Made by a program: the position numbers and the translations under genes. A stretch of DNA of 64,000 nucleotides from Opitutales bacterium (GTDB lineage: Bacteria; Verrucomicrobiota; Verrucomicrobiia; Opitutales; JABSRG01): positions 53,988 through 117,987 of the forward strand of contig JBMYOQ010000006.1 in NCBI GenBank assembly GCA_049599475.1, given 5' to 3'. How positions within the stretch are numbered: the stretch's first letter is position 1; each line of letters starts with the position of its first letter. The notes beneath the pieces were generated by a model, which ran no database searches, had not been told where the DNA came from, and saw nothing but the letters and a program-made list of their open reading frames with translations. Below are positions 29,797 through 41,098 of this stretch, piece after piece.

Positions 29797-31121
29797 TTTG
29801 CTACAAGCGCGCTAAGGTGCCGACGGTATGTTTGCCGTCCGAATTGGTTCAAAATGGTAGCTTTGATGCGGCTTTGGATCCCGCGATCGAGGTAGATATC
29901 TGTGTCGAGAATACAGAAATCCGTGCGGTGTGTTTAGCTGGAGACAGTGCAGGTTGTAAGGCGGACAGTGTGCATGACCTAGGCGGCCAATTGCTTTGGC
30001 CTGGAATGGTCGATGCGCACATGCACCTCGATAAGGCACATACCTGGAACCGAGCCCCGAATCGCCGCGGGGAATTCTGGGATGCTATCGAGCTTTTATC
30101 TGCAGATAAAGTGAATTGGACTTTTGATGATGTGTATCGGCGCGCATCTTATACCCTAGAATGTGCCTGGCAGCATGGAGTATCAGCGATCCGGACGCAT
30201 CTGGATACCGGTGCGGATTTTGGGGAAACGAGTCATCAGGTCCTGGCGCAGTTGCGAGACGAATGGGCGGGTCGTATTGAGATTCAGACCGTCTGCTTGA
30301 CGAGTATCGAAGATTTTGTGCGGCCTGAGTTTGCCGATGCGATGGGGCAATTGTTGGTAGATACGGGGGGACACGCGCTCGGCGGGATGCCCTTGATGTC
30401 GGATAATTTAGACACCGAATTGGATGCTTTTTTCGAGACGGCGAAGCGTTTTGATTTGCCGGTGGATCTGCACGTAGACGAATCCGGTGACCCGAACGCA
30501 GAATGCCTAAAACATGTCGCTGAGGCCGTTTTACGCAATGAGTTTACGCTGCCAGTGACCTGTGGCCACTGCTGCAGTCTCGCCGTCCAGGAGCCACATA
30601 AGCAGCGTGATACTTTGGCAAAGGTGGCTGAGGCGGGGATTCATATCATCTCCCTACCCATGTGTAATCTCTTCCTCCAGGATCGCATGCGAGAGAATAA
30701 GGAGCGTCAAGATGCCCTAGGGATCTCGGGCCCCGGAACACCTTTTTGGCGCGGGATTACTCTGGTGAATGAGTTTCAGCAGCTTGGCGTCACGGTGGCT
30801 GCGGCGAGTGACAATGTGCGCGATGCCTTTTATGCCTTTGGCGATGCGGATACATTCGAATCCTATATCACGATGCTGCGCGCGGGGCACCTGGATCTTA
30901 GTTTGGAGACTTCCACGGCCTATGTGACAACAGCTCCGGCGAGCATAATGGGTATCGAGGCGAACGTGGGAATGGTGGCTCCGGGGGCTGTGGCAAACTT
31001 CTTGGTATTCGAGGGTATCTCACATTATAGCCAGCTTCTCAGCCGCATGGGCTCAAAACGTTTGCGGATATTCGGAGAGGAAGTGTGGGAGCGGAGTCTC
31101 CCGGATTATCCGAAATTCTAA
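29793..31121 (+). CDS. Cytosine/pterin deaminase-like amidohydrolase
   Basis: DAHMHLDK, RTHLD, HVDE, GHCCSL, ASDNVRDAF. ATGA overlap. Confidence 0.88.
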   Translation: MICYKRAKVPTVCLPSELVQNGSFDAALDPAIEVDICVENTEIRAVCLAGDSAGCKADSVHDLGGQLLWPGMVDAHMHLDKAHTWNRAPNRRGEFWDAIELLSADKVNWTFDDVYRRASYTLECAWQHGVSAIRTHLDTGADFGETSHQVLAQLRDEWAGRIEIQTVCLTSIEDFVRPEFADAMGQLLVDTGGHALGGMPLMSDNLDTELDAFFETAKRFDLPVDLHVDESGDPNAECLKHVAEAVLRNEFTLPVTCGHCCSLAVQEPHKQRDTLAKVAEAGIHIISLPMCNLFLQDRMRENKERQDALGISGPGTPFWRGITLVNEFQQLGVTVAAASDNVRDAFYAFGDADTFESYITMLRAGHLDLSLETSTAYVTTAPASIMGIEANVGMVAPGAVANFLVFEGISHYSQLLSRMGSKRLRIFGEEVWERSLPDYPKF

Positions 31122-31234
31122 GTCTTTGCCGTCATTACCTTATATATCTTGATGCGTTGATACTTTAACCTTGTTCGCAGAGGGCTCTTTTGCAGTGTCA
31201 TGAGGTTTTGGTTTTATCCGTTTATTGATATATC

Positions 31235-31618
31235 GTGAAATCCCCGATCCAGCTCCTTTCCTTCCTCACTTGTGACGGAGTCCATGTGGACCCGATCACT
31301 GGCAAGCAGACTATTCTTGGTGTCTTCTCCAATTTACGCGCTGCTAAGTTCCCCGCGGTGCACCCGCGTATGATTTGGTTCCTGAGCATCACGGATGTGC
31401 CGGTCGGGATGCATAAGCTGAAGGTTACCATGGGGCTAGCGATCGAGGAGCCGAAGACGATTATTGACCGCGAATTCGAGTCACGTAATCCGGCACACCG
31501 CCTCAATCTGGTGAATGATATCCAAAAGCTTAAGTTTGATAAGCCCGGTGATTATACCATCAATATCGAGGTGGATGATCAGACGCTGTTGGTCACTTCG
31601 TTCTCTATCACTCAATAG
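31235..31618 (+). CDS. Conserved hypothetical beta-sandwich protein (DUF6941-like)
   Basis: CDGVHVDPITGKQTILGVF...FDKPGDY. Confidence 0.7.
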   Translation: MKSPIQLLSFLTCDGVHVDPITGKQTILGVFSNLRAAKFPAVHPRMIWFLSITDVPVGMHKLKVTMGLAIEEPKTIIDREFESRNPAHRLNLVNDIQKLKFDKPGDYTINIEVDDQTLLVTSFSITQ

Positions 31619-31628
31619 TTTTTAGCAG

Positions 31629-32546
31629 ATGTCTTCTGTCGTAATCGTAGGTTCTGTCGCGTTCGATAACATCATCACGCCCTTTGCGCGTGGAGAGTAT
31701 TTGCTGGGAGGTTCGGCCTCGTATGCGAGTATCGCTGCTTCTTATTTTGCCCCTGCGCGCTTGGTTGCAAATGTGGGCAAAGACTTTGAAGAAAAGTTTT
31801 TAAACCGCTTTCGTCAGCGCGACATCTGCATGGAAGGTCTGCAAATCGATCCAGAGGGAGAGACCTTCTTCTGGGCGGGCAAATACCACGATAATTTCGA
31901 CCAGCGGGATACGCTGGAAACGCGCCTGAATGTGCTAGAGCATTTTCGTCCAGAGTTGCCAGCAGGCTATAAGACGACCCCTTTTGTCTTGTTGGCGAAT
32001 ATTGGTCCAGACTTGCAGATTCATCTGCTCGATGAAATGGACCCGGATACAAAGCCGTTTGTTGTCGCCGATACCATGAACCTCTGGATCGATATCATGC
32101 GATCCAAGCTTATGGAAATGATTGGTCGCGTGGATTTGCTTGTTCTCAACGACGAAGAGGCCGAGATGCTGACAGAGGAGCGCAACGTGTACAAGGCGGG
32201 AGCCGCTCTACGCAAAATGGGTCCGACTTATGTGATTGTGAAGAAGGGCTCTCACGGCGCCATTCTCTTTGGCCCAAACGAACAGCTGTTTGCCCTGCCA
32301 GCCTATCCTGTTGAAGACTTACAAGATCCGACCGGCGCGGGAGATTCTTTTGCAGGGGCCTTGACTGGGTATTTGGCGAGTAAGAACGCTCAAGACTTTG
32401 ATTCCATTAAGCAGGCGATGATCTACGGGACTGTGACTGCTAGTTACACCGTGGAAGCCTTTTCGAGCGATTCTCTGGAAGCCGCGGGACGTGAAGGGAT
32501 TAACACCCGAGCTGCTCGTTTACGTGAGATCATAGAAGTCGATTGA
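31629..32546 (+). CDS. PfkB family carbohydrate/nucleoside kinase
   Basis: GSVAFD, GGSASY, DTMNLWI, DPTGAGDSFAG. Confidence 0.92.
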   Translation: MSSVVIVGSVAFDNIITPFARGEYLLGGSASYASIAASYFAPARLVANVGKDFEEKFLNRFRQRDICMEGLQIDPEGETFFWAGKYHDNFDQRDTLETRLNVLEHFRPELPAGYKTTPFVLLANIGPDLQIHLLDEMDPDTKPFVVADTMNLWIDIMRSKLMEMIGRVDLLVLNDEEAEMLTEERNVYKAGAALRKMGPTYVIVKKGSHGAILFGPNEQLFALPAYPVEDLQDPTGAGDSFAGALTGYLASKNAQDFDSIKQAMIYGTVTASYTVEAFSSDSLEAAGREGINTRAARLREIIEVD

Positions 32547-32595
32547 CCTTCCTTGGGTAGCGGTTTGCTTACAAGGGACGCCTCTTTGATTTTCT

Positions 32596-33996
32596 ATGCT
32601 AGCCTCACCCCTTGTTGATTATTCTGTTGGAGATTGGCCACGACTGCGGGCTGAAATCGAGCAATCGGGCATTGCCTTATTTCAGGCAGAATTCGAGATG
32701 GCTTTAGCTGTCTTTCTTGGCGCGATTCTAGAGGGAAATACTGCGCACAAGGATCAGATGCTTGCCGCCTTGGGTCAAAAGCTGGGCTGGACCGATTGGC
32801 GTGCCCAACTATTCAAAGAGCGCATTGATGCCTTGCCGTCATACTCTGTGGAGCACTTTGAGGCGGCTCCGAAACTCAAGGCTCTAGGGGCAGTGGTCAC
32901 ACGTTTAGCTCTTTCGGCTAGCCGGCTGGATGGTAAATGGTCTTACAACGAACGCGCCTTTACTCAGAATTTAGCGGATCGTAGTGGCCTAGATTCGCAA
33001 GCGGTGGATGCATGGAAACAGAGCATCGAAAATCAGATCTCTGGGCAGCCCGCGGGCGATCTCGATAGTGAATTGGAAGCCTTGATGAATTCGGCCCAGA
33101 GCCGCAAAAGCTCGGACGATCGTGATGTTGCATCGGACATTTCATTGAAGCCCTCAAAGAAGGAGGCGAGTGCTCCAAAGGAGGATCTGGACGCTTGCCT
33201 GAAAGAGTTGGACGAGCTCGTAGGGCTGGAAAATGTAAAAGAAGAGATCCGCAAACTGAGTGATTTCCTCAAAGTCCAGCGAATGCGAGAAGATGCCGGC
33301 TTAGCGACTGCGGCTATCTCAAACCACATGGTGTTCACTGGAAATCCTGGGACCGGTAAAACGACGGTTGCGCGTCTGGTCGCACGCATCTTTAAAGCAT
33401 TAGGATTCTTGAAAAAGGGCCACCTGATAGAAGTAGATCGGAGTGGACTCGTGGGCCAGTATGTCGGGCATACCGAAACCAAGACGCGTGAGGTCATCAA
33501 CTCAGCGCTCGATGGTATTCTCTTTATCGATGAAGCCTATGCGCTAGTCGGCGAGGGCAAGGAGGACTTTGGGCGTCAGGCGGTGGATGCCCTGGTTAAA
33601 ATGATGGAAGACCACCGTAAACGCTTGGTGGTTATCGTCGCAGGGTATTCAGGTCCCATGGATCGCTTTATTAATGCGAATCCAGGACTCCAGTCGCGAT
33701 TCACCACTTATATTGATTTCCCAAATTACGAAGTGGATGCGCTTGTGGAGATCTTTGAAATCATCTGCTCGAAGAACCAATATAAACTCGCAGACGATGC
33801 GGGTCCGGCATTGCGGGCATGTATCGAAAAGGCCCTTGAGCAAGAGCCGGAATCCTTTGGCAACGGCCGCTATTGCCGCAACCTCTTTGAGCAAACGCTG
33901 CGGATACATGCCATGCGCTTAGCGCGGATGGAAAAACCGCCTTCGAAGGAAGACCTCAGCTTATTGCAAGCCGCAGACTTCGTGGTGGGCGATTAG
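32596..33996 (+). CDS. CbbX/SpoVK-like AAA+ ATPase with putative TerB-like N-terminal domain
   Basis: HMVFTGNPGTGKTT, LFIDEAY, NPGLQSRF, FGNGRYCRN. N-terminal SRLDGKWSYNERAF. Confidence 0.85.
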   Translation: MLASPLVDYSVGDWPRLRAEIEQSGIALFQAEFEMALAVFLGAILEGNTAHKDQMLAALGQKLGWTDWRAQLFKERIDALPSYSVEHFEAAPKLKALGAVVTRLALSASRLDGKWSYNERAFTQNLADRSGLDSQAVDAWKQSIENQISGQPAGDLDSELEALMNSAQSRKSSDDRDVASDISLKPSKKEASAPKEDLDACLKELDELVGLENVKEEIRKLSDFLKVQRMREDAGLATAAISNHMVFTGNPGTGKTTVARLVARIFKALGFLKKGHLIEVDRSGLVGQYVGHTETKTREVINSALDGILFIDEAYALVGEGKEDFGRQAVDALVKMMEDHRKRLVVIVAGYSGPMDRFINANPGLQSRFTTYIDFPNYEVDALVEIFEIICSKNQYKLADDAGPALRACIEKALEQEPESFGNGRYCRNLFEQTLRIHAMRLARMEKPPSKEDLSLLQAADFVVGD

Positions 33997-34012
33997 ATGC
34001 CCGAAAATGATC

Positions 34013-34040
34013 GGTCGTTCGCGGCGAACTGGCCCCTACC
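34013..34040 (-). repeat. GTAG-type REP flanking the RAYT gene
   Basis: Reverse complement GGTAGGGGCCAGTTCGCCGCGAACGACC. Confidence 0.6.
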
Positions 34041-34132
34041 TTCTGTGCGATTGAGGGAGTGCGATTTGAGACGGTTCGGTTCGGGAATCCAGGATTGTCA
34101 GAAAATACGAACAGAGGCTTCGTCTAAACCAT

Positions 34133-34600
34133 GTGTCAAACTCGTTGCCGAATAGGAAATCGCTGAATCATGGTATCTCGCGTTGGGTGCCAGATGGAGG
34201 ACATTTCTTCATCACGATTAACTGTGCGGAACGCCGGGAAAACCAATTATGCCTCAACCGAATTTCTGCGCAATTGAAGGAAAGTATCCAGATTCGCGTG
34301 AATGCAGGAGAGTGGGATGTGCGCTTATGGCTCCTGATGCCCGATCATATTCATGCGATCATGTCCTTTGCTCCGTGGGTCTCCATGAGCCAGTCGATCA
34401 CCGATTGGAAGAGCTATACTGCTAGGACTCTGGGGATCAACTGGCAGCAGGGCTTCTTTGATGATCGCTTGCGCAGTGATCGGGAGACGGAGGATAAAGA
34501 GTGTTATGTGGTTTTGAATCCGGTTCGAGCGGCTCTATGCGATTACCCATCTGAATGGAAGTTTCGTTGGAGTTCTTTCGATTTCGAAGTGAACCGCTAG
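34133..34600 (+). mobile_element. REP-associated tyrosine transposase (RAYT/TnpA-REP, Y1 HUH family)
   Basis: FFITIN, LMPDHIH (HUH), WQQGFFD, YVVLNPVRA (catalytic Tyr and NP). Confidence 0.88.
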
Positions 34601-34610
34601 CCATTGAGCG

Positions 34611-34669
34611 CCTGGTAGAGGCGCCCGTGAGTAGTGCGAAAGCGCCTAAAGCATGGATCCATTGCCGGG
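34611..34669 (+). ncRNA. Candidate NMT1/xanthine-I-like riboswitch aptamer
   Basis: P1 CCUGGUA/UGCCGGG, junction GAGGCG, P2 CCGUG/CAUGG capped by UGC-GAAA-GCG, 3' GGAUCCAUUGC. Sits in the leader of a transporter gene. Confidence 0.6.
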
Positions 34670-34766
34670 GTATTACCCTGTTTTAGCTGGTCTCCAAATG
34701 GTATATCATTTGCTGTCTGACACGAACCCCAAGCTAACCGCTTTGGCTTTCGAACATACTACAAAC

Positions 34767-37379
34767 ATGACTAACGATTCAAAACGACTGATATGGAGCG
34801 CCTGTGCTGTGGTCACAGGATTTGCATCCGCCCTCGTCGGCCAAGAGCAGGAGAACATCCAAGAGCTCGAAGCCTTCATCGCTGAACAGACCGCGAATGA
34901 ACCCGTAGATTCCCTGCTGCCAACTGACCAAGTGGTGAGCGGTGCATTTATGGACGGCATGTCTCTCTTTGAGACGCCTCGTTCCGTTTCGGTTTTGAGC
35001 CCTGAGTTGCTCGATCAGTTTAACATTTCTGATTTCAAGGACCTCACGAAATTCGGTGCATCTACTGAGCGTGTGAATTTCTACGGTATCGCTGGTGCTC
35101 CAGTCCTTCGTGGCTGGCAAGGCGGCATCTACTATAATGGTATGCTTCGCGCATTCCAAAGAAATGAGATGCCGACTTCTTTCGGTGCTTTGGACTCGAT
35201 GGAAATCGTAAAAGGTGCTGCACCTGCACAGCTCATTCCATCGCACATCGGTGGTTACGTAAACATGGTGCCGAAAGCTCCTTATTTCGATGAATTCCGT
35301 GGATCTATCGAAGTAGAAGCTGGTACATATGATCACTTTAAGGCTCAGCTCGATGTCGGTGGCCCGGTTTACATCGCTGATAGTGTCCCTGCGGCGTATC
35401 GCGTATCGTTGACTGCGCAAAACTCTGACAGCTACTACGATGATGTTTCCAACGACTTCGTTTCATTGTATGCCTCCGCTAAAATGCAGCTGAGTGATAG
35501 CACCATGCTGACGCTCGGTGGTGAGTATTTTGAGTATAAGTCCAATGAAAATGCTGGTTGGAACCGTCCGACCCAGGCCCTCATCGATAACGGCGATTAC
35601 GTCATTGGTGAACCATTGAGCTTGGTGCGTAGCGACATCGGTGTAGCCGACAGAGGCCTCATTGACGGAACTGTATTTAGCTTCCTCGGAACTGCTGACC
35701 AGAACCAATGGTTCCGTTCACTCCTTCTTCCTGCGAGTGTGATCGATTCCGCTGTCTCTGCCGGAACCATCACCGCAGCTCAGCGTGACGCCATGCTCGA
35801 TCTAAGTGATGCGGCAACGCGTGCGACAATCTACGATGGTCTCCCATCGAATATAGTGCAGTCTGATTCGGGCTACCTCTACACTGCGGATTATTTCGCG
35901 GCCGGAGGTGAAGTATTCACCACTCAGATCGAAGGAAATGAAGTGTTGGCGGATCCTAGTGACTTTGCTGACTCAGAAGACTTTATCTTCTTCGCGGACC
36001 TCGAGCATCAGGTGACACCTGATTCGAGCATTAGCTTTGACCTGCTCTATGAGGCTGTAGATACAGATAAATTCTCCTCATACGGATATGCTATCCGGAC
36101 AGAACAAGAGGTCATCGATACGCGCGTAACCGCGTCTCACTCGTTTGTCGGAGATGTTATCAGTGCCGATATCCTTTACGGTGCCCAGCTTCGTTACACT
36201 GAAGCTCAGCAGCTCCAAGACTTCTGGACTGAGCCGTTCTCACGCCGCGACATTACCTTGCCAACGATTTCGGACAACTCCGTTATCCTTGCGGGTGACC
36301 AGGTTGACCCTGCATCTGGAAATAACTTCTGGGGTGGTGGATTCGGCGCTGGCGGTCCTGCTGGACACGCGGTCGACTCAGAGCTCACTCAGCTGGGTGG
36401 TTTCGGTATGGCTAATATCAAGTTCGGTGAAAAAATCGGTCTGATCGCAAGTGCGCGTGTCGATGATTTTGAAACTACTGCGATGGTACCAAGTGGTCCT
36501 ACTGATATTGCGGCAGCAACCGTCGAAGACAGCGATACCGGCTTCTCATGGTCTTTGAATCCATCTTTGACGCTGAGCGAAAACTTCAGCTTCTACGGTG
36601 TTGCACAAGAGTCTACAACTTACGTCCCGACTCAGGGCGGTGCTGTTCTCGGAACAGGCAACTTTGGTCAAGGCAAACTCCAGGAAGTTGGAATGAAATT
36701 CCAAGCTTTTGACGGCCGCCTCTTCTCGTCCCTAGCGTTCTTCACTTGGGAACAGGGTTCATTCAATGACCGCACAGGTATTTCAGACAATTATGAGTCT
36801 CAGGGTATCGAGTTTGAGGTGACTTACCAAGCTACTGAAAACTTGACTCTGATCGGTGCCGCTACGATGCGTGAGACCAACCTCACAAGCTCTCTTGGGT
36901 TCCGCACAATGCCTTGGGGACTCACCGATCCTACGGGAGCTGGTGATGACGAAATTGGTCTAGCCCTCAATGGTGGATCATTGCTCAACCAGTTTGCCGA
37001 TGCATTTGGAGGCTTCACTCCTGAAGGCGGCAACCCTTCAGCGAATCCGACTCTTGAGTCCTCTGGTTCTCCTGAGACAACATACAAGCTCTTCGCAGTT
37101 TATGATGATCTCATCTGGGACGGCTTCGGTATTTCAGGTGGATTCGTATACTCTGAGTCATACTGGCAAAACTACGACCTCACACTTCGCCTTCCATCAT
37201 CAATGGTATGGAGTGCTAACATCTTCTACAAAACAGAAGCATGGGAGGTTATGCTGAGTGGTGAAAACATTACTGACGAAGACTACTTCTTGGGTTCAGA
37301 CCCAATCTTCGCGGCCAATACTATCATCACTAAGGCACCTGGCGCTGAAGCCAAAATATCTTTCAAATACAGGTTCTAG
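34767..37379 (+). CDS. TonB-dependent outer-membrane receptor
   Basis: Signal peptide from MTNDSKR, plug ETPRSVSVL...MEIVKGA, ENITDEDY, C-terminal YRF. Confidence 0.92.
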   Translation: MTNDSKRLIWSACAVVTGFASALVGQEQENIQELEAFIAEQTANEPVDSLLPTDQVVSGAFMDGMSLFETPRSVSVLSPELLDQFNISDFKDLTKFGASTERVNFYGIAGAPVLRGWQGGIYYNGMLRAFQRNEMPTSFGALDSMEIVKGAAPAQLIPSHIGGYVNMVPKAPYFDEFRGSIEVEAGTYDHFKAQLDVGGPVYIADSVPAAYRVSLTAQNSDSYYDDVSNDFVSLYASAKMQLSDSTMLTLGGEYFEYKSNENAGWNRPTQALIDNGDYVIGEPLSLVRSDIGVADRGLIDGTVFSFLGTADQNQWFRSLLLPASVIDSAVSAGTITAAQRDAMLDLSDAATRATIYDGLPSNIVQSDSGYLYTADYFAAGGEVFTTQIEGNEVLADPSDFADSEDFIFFADLEHQVTPDSSISFDLLYEAVDTDKFSSYGYAIRTEQEVIDTRVTASHSFVGDVISADILYGAQLRYTEAQQLQDFWTEPFSRRDITLPTISDNSVILAGDQVDPASGNNFWGGGFGAGGPAGHAVDSELTQLGGFGMANIKFGEKIGLIASARVDDFETTAMVPSGPTDIAAATVEDSDTGFSWSLNPSLTLSENFSFYGVAQESTTYVPTQGGAVLGTGNFGQGKLQEVGMKFQAFDGRLFSSLAFFTWEQGSFNDRTGISDNYESQGIEFEVTYQATENLTLIGAATMRETNLTSSLGFRTMPWGLTDPTGAGDDEIGLALNGGSLLNQFADAFGGFTPEGGNPSANPTLESSGSPETTYKLFAVYDDLIWDGFGISGGFVYSESYWQNYDLTLRLPSSMVWSANIFYKTEAWEVMLSGENITDEDYFLGSDPIFAANTIITKAPGAEAKISFKYRF

Positions 37380-37406
37380 GACTTGTAGATCTAGACTGAT
37401 TACTAC

Positions 37407-37439
37407 AAAGCGTCGCCTGAAATCAGGCGGCGCTTTTTG
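37407..37439 (+). terminator. Rho-independent terminator (probably bidirectional)
   Basis: AAAGCGTCGCCTGA-AA-TCAGGCGGCGCTTTTT between convergent genes. Confidence 0.85.
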
Positions 37440-37545
37440 TTGATCGGTTTTCTCGGAAAGTCTTTCGGCAAAGGAAAGGGCGCACCTGTTTGGCTCGTAT
37501 CACCAACGCGGTGCGAAAATGCTTTCGAGGAATTTCAGAAGGGCA

Positions 37546-38340
37546 CTAAGCCTGGACTGCTTGCCAGACGCGTAGGCATTTTTCCACTACGCTTTCGATG
37601 TCGCTGAGGTGAATCTGATTGGGGCCGTCGGAAATTGCGTTGTCGGGGTCTGGGTGAGTTTCGATGAATAGACCACTGGCTCCTGCTGCGAGAGCTGCTC
37701 GGGCGAGCACGGGGGCGTATTCGCGCTTGCCACTAGTGGTGCCTCCGCCGGCCCCGGGCATTTGAACTGCGTGAGTCGCATCCATGATAGTCGGGTGCCC
37801 GAGAGCGTTCATGATGGGGAAACTACGCATATCGACGACCAAGTTTTGGTAGCCGAATGTCGTTCCGCGATCGGTTTGCCATATTTCTTTGGCTCCCGAA
37901 GCCTCTAGCTTTTTCACTACAAATTCCATCTCATAAGGTGAGAGGAATTGGCCCTTTTTCACATTTACCGTTGCAGGTGTTGCAGATGCGGCGACAAGGA
38001 GGTCGGTTTGGCGACAGAGAAATGCTGGGATTTGCAATACGTCGCAAACCTCGGCAACTGGTGCACATTGATCGGCCGTATGGATGTCTGTAAGGCAAGG
38101 GAATCCGAAAGCGTCTTTTACTTTCTGGTGAATTTTCAGACCGTTTTTGATGCCCGGGCCGCGCTCGCTGGTGACGGAGGTGCGATTGGCTTTATCAAAG
38201 GACCCCTTAAAGATGATATTGAGCTCGGGAAATTTCGTGCGCAGGCGATCCAGTTCTTGGGCGACTGTCATGGAAATATCCTCACTCTCTAGAGAGCAAG
38301 GGCCCGCTATGAGGAGAAGTTTATTAGGATCGTAAAGCAT
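37546..38340 (-). CDS. kdsA: KDO 8-phosphate synthase
   Basis: [37 protein letters not shown]. Confidence 0.96.
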   Translation of the reverse strand: MLYDPNKLLLIAGPCSLESEDISMTVAQELDRLRTKFPELNIIFKGSFDKANRTSVTSERGPGIKNGLKIHQKVKDAFGFPCLTDIHTADQCAPVAEVCDVLQIPAFLCRQTDLLVAASATPATVNVKKGQFLSPYEMEFVVKKLEASGAKEIWQTDRGTTFGYQNLVVDMRSFPIMNALGHPTIMDATHAVQMPGAGGGTTSGKREYAPVLARAALAAGASGLFIETHPDPDNAISDGPNQIHLSDIESVVEKCLRVWQAVQA

Positions 38341-38445
38341 GTTTAGAAAATTGGGGGTCCGCGAAATACCGGAAACCACGAAAGCAAGGCCCCGATGATG
38401 GTGGTGTAGACTCTTCGTAGAATTAAATGAGATCTATTTAAGCGC

Positions 38446-40086
<1,641 letters not shown>

Positions 40087-40205
40087 TCAGAAAAAACCCC
40101 ATGGGCGGTTATGTTGGCAATGGTTTTTTGGGCTTCGGTAAATCTTTTCCGGACTTCTTGGAGGATTCGATTGTCTTCTTTGGATCTCAGAGGAAACTTC
40201 GGCGC

Positions 40206-41003
40206 ATGTCATTGATCGATAGCCATTGTCATCTGGAGAAATTTGCAAAAGCGGGGAATCTGAAAGCGATCCTGGATCGCGCTGTGGAGTCCGACGTTAA
40301 GCGGCTGATCACGGTGGGTACGGATGCGTCTGATTGGGGCCTTTACCGCGACCTTGCGAAGGCGTATCCGGACATGATCGCGTATACGGTAGGCATCCAT
40401 CCGTGCTCTGTAGATGCGAAGTGGAGGGAGCAGGCTCAGGCAGTCAGTAGTTTTTTTATCCCACCCGTAGCGCCTGTGGCTCTCGGTGAGATTGGCTTGG
40501 ACTATTTTCATTTGCCCCAGGATGAGAAAGAGGCGGCGGAGTTGGTCGAATTCCAGAAAGATGCCTTTCGCTTCCAGCTCGATATTGCCTATCAATTGGA
40601 TTGCCCGGTGGTGGTGCACAGTCGTCATGCCTTCAAGGATTGTGTGGATATGATCGATGAATCGGGGGTCGATTGGGCGCGTGTGGTCTTTCATTGTTTC
40701 TCAGAAGGGCCTGAATCGATGCAGCAGATTTTGGAGCGGGGTGGCTATGGTTCGTTTACCGGAATCATCACATACAAGAGCGCGGAAGATGTGCGTGAAG
40801 CGGCGAAGTTGCAGGGGGTCGACCGCCTGATGCTCGAGACGGATTGTCCATACCTCACGCCGGTGCCTCATCGTGGTAAACCAAATGAGCCTGCCTATCT
40901 CAAGCATACCGCGGCCTATGTGGCCGATATGTTTGGCATCACCGAGCAGGCCTTGGCTGAGAAGACGTCGCAGCGCGTCTGTGCCTTTTTCGATTTAGAC
41001 TGA
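40206..41003 (+). CDS. tatD: TatD family deoxyribonuclease
   Basis: IDSHCH, GIHP, GEIGLDY, HSR, FHCF, LETDCPYL. Confidence 0.93.
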   Translation: MSLIDSHCHLEKFAKAGNLKAILDRAVESDVKRLITVGTDASDWGLYRDLAKAYPDMIAYTVGIHPCSVDAKWREQAQAVSSFFIPPVAPVALGEIGLDYFHLPQDEKEAAELVEFQKDAFRFQLDIAYQLDCPVVVHSRHAFKDCVDMIDESGVDWARVVFHCFSEGPESMQQILERGGYGSFTGIITYKSAEDVREAAKLQGVDRLMLETDCPYLTPVPHRGKPNEPAYLKHTAAYVADMFGITEQALAEKTSQRVCAFFDLD

Positions 41004-41098
41004 TTCGGGCTGTATTCTCGAAGGTAGCCCGGTTTTATGGCTCAAGTTTGAACGAATAGTGTGGAACAGCTTTGTATGGGGCTGATAGTAATGCGCCA

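Noticed and set aside
34611..34700. Lysine riboswitch (AGAGGCGC...GAGTA start)
   Set aside because: Too short, and it lacks the GAAAGG/GCCGAA kink-turn elements and later stems. The two-stem NMT1-like fold fits better.
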